64,000 bases of DNA from positions 1-64,000 of the IMG/VR virus record IMGVR_UViG_3300028920_000034; one strand, written 5' to 3'. Positions within the stretch are counted from its first letter, which is position 1; every line of letters starts with the position of its first letter. The notes below the pieces were generated by a model that saw only the letters and a list, made by a program, of their open reading frames with translations, was not told where the DNA came from and ran no database searches. Source of the stretch: a virus. This document shows positions 63,169-64,000 of this stretch, in pieces. A program made the position numbers and the translations under genes.

Positions 63169-63957
63169 CTAGTAGGGGAACTTGATTTCCACTACGTCTC
63201 CGGCCGTAAGGCCGGCGCCGAATTGGATCACTGGGGCCGGCGAACCGGTGGTCACCCAGGTCCATTCGTTGATCCCAGACGGGGCCGCAGCCCACCGCAC
63301 CAGGATGTTGTTCAGGTGAACGTCCACGCCATCGGGTGGATATAGCGGCGCCGTGGCGCCAGGGCCCTGGATTGGCCCGGCCAGGCTTCCCTGGGCATTG
63401 GCCGTATCGGTGCCCCCTCCTCCGCCAACCCACGCATCGCCAGTTGTCGCCACTGCCACGGTCTGCCGGTCGAATCCGGAGATCCCACCGCCGCCACCAC
63501 CACCACCAGCCGGGTACAGTGGCCCCGAGTAGGTGTCCTCCATGCGGAGCCCGTTGCGCCACCACAGCGAGGTGCCGTAGCGGTAGCACAGGAGGAGCCC
63601 GTCATCAGTGTTGGGCACCGTGGCGGCGCGCCTGGCTGTGAGAGCGATGTTGCTCCCCGGATTGCGCGACACGTCCACGTAGAGCACCTGGCTCTCCGCG
63701 ATTTCAATGTTCCCCGCCGCCACGCTTTCCTGGAAACCCTTTTGGGGGCTGTTGAGCACGATGGGCGCGTTCCAGCTCAGGGTGTTGGAGGTGGCATCCC
63801 AGGAGAGCGTTCCGCCCCCCACGATGAGGATGTTGCGGTCCTCACGGTGGGCGTACAGCATGGCGTCGAGCTGGTTGAGCATCGCTTCAAACAGATCGAA
63901 CCACGGCTCCTGGCCGCGCGCCGGGTACTTCAGGCTGGTGCGGCTGGTGGTGGGCAT
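63169..63957 (-). CDS. tail/baseplate structural protein
   Basis: T.RTSL.YP..GQ.PW start typical of fibre attachment; poly-Gly hinge. Confidence 0.7.
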   Translation of the reverse strand: MPTTSRTSLKYPARGQEPWFDLFEAMLNQLDAMLYAHREDRNILIVGGGTLSWDATSNTLSWNAPIVLNSPQKGFQESVAAGNIEIAESQVLYVDVSRNPGSNIALTARRAATVPNTDDGLLLCYRYGTSLWWRNGLRMEDTYSGPLYPAGGGGGGGGISGFDRQTVAVATTGDAWVGGGGGTDTANAQGSLAGPIQGPGATAPLYPPDGVDVHLNNILVRWAAAPSGINEWTWVTTGSPAPVIQFGAGLTAGDVVEIKFPY

Positions 63958-64000
63958 TTAGACGATCTCCTCATACGTGATTGTTCCCCTGGTGATGATC
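63958..64000 (-). CDS. C-terminal end of upstream structural gene (partial)
   Basis: ...IITRGTITYEEIV-TAA coupled to the next ATG. Confidence 0.5.
   Translation of the reverse strand, partial: IITRGTITYEEIV

Noticed and set aside
1-64000. tRNA, rRNA, integrase, transposase, reverse transcriptase/DGR
   Set aside because: None recognised by eye; tRNAscan and HMM searches were not run.

Overview
This is 64 kb of a GC-rich (about 65% by eye) tailed dsDNA phage genome, probably a contractile-tailed phage. The host is unknown; sigma54-type motifs and high GC would fit Myxococcota or Deltaproteobacteria (inference). Essentially all real genes are on the minus strand. In transcription order they are: baseplate, tail-fibre and lysis-accessory genes (64-39 kb); DUF5131 and a DNA methyltransferase; an iteron-like origin candidate (36.8-36.9 kb); a replication/recombination block (HTH initiator, DnaC-like loader, DnaB, primase, SSBs, SF2 helicase, RecA, two resolvases, Cas4-like nuclease, GroES, ParB) with two peptidoglycan hydrolases embedded; and an accessory region (DHH phosphoesterase, TGT/DpdA-like protein, SNF2 helicase, TopoVI-A-like TOPRIM protein, many small ORFs). 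The top finding is at 2568-3710. A stand-alone 205-aa RAMP/Cas7-like protein is followed directly by a non-coding array of 79 pentamers of the form (G)G(C)-NN, in three tracts separated by an identical structured linker. This looks like a CRISPR-independent RNA-guided system whose information lies in the variable dinucleotides. Second is a six-copy ~70-bp intergenic element carrying a consensus sigma54 -24/-12 motif plus a hairpin, five copies of which point antisense to the genes. All calls come from motif reading by eye; no searches were run.
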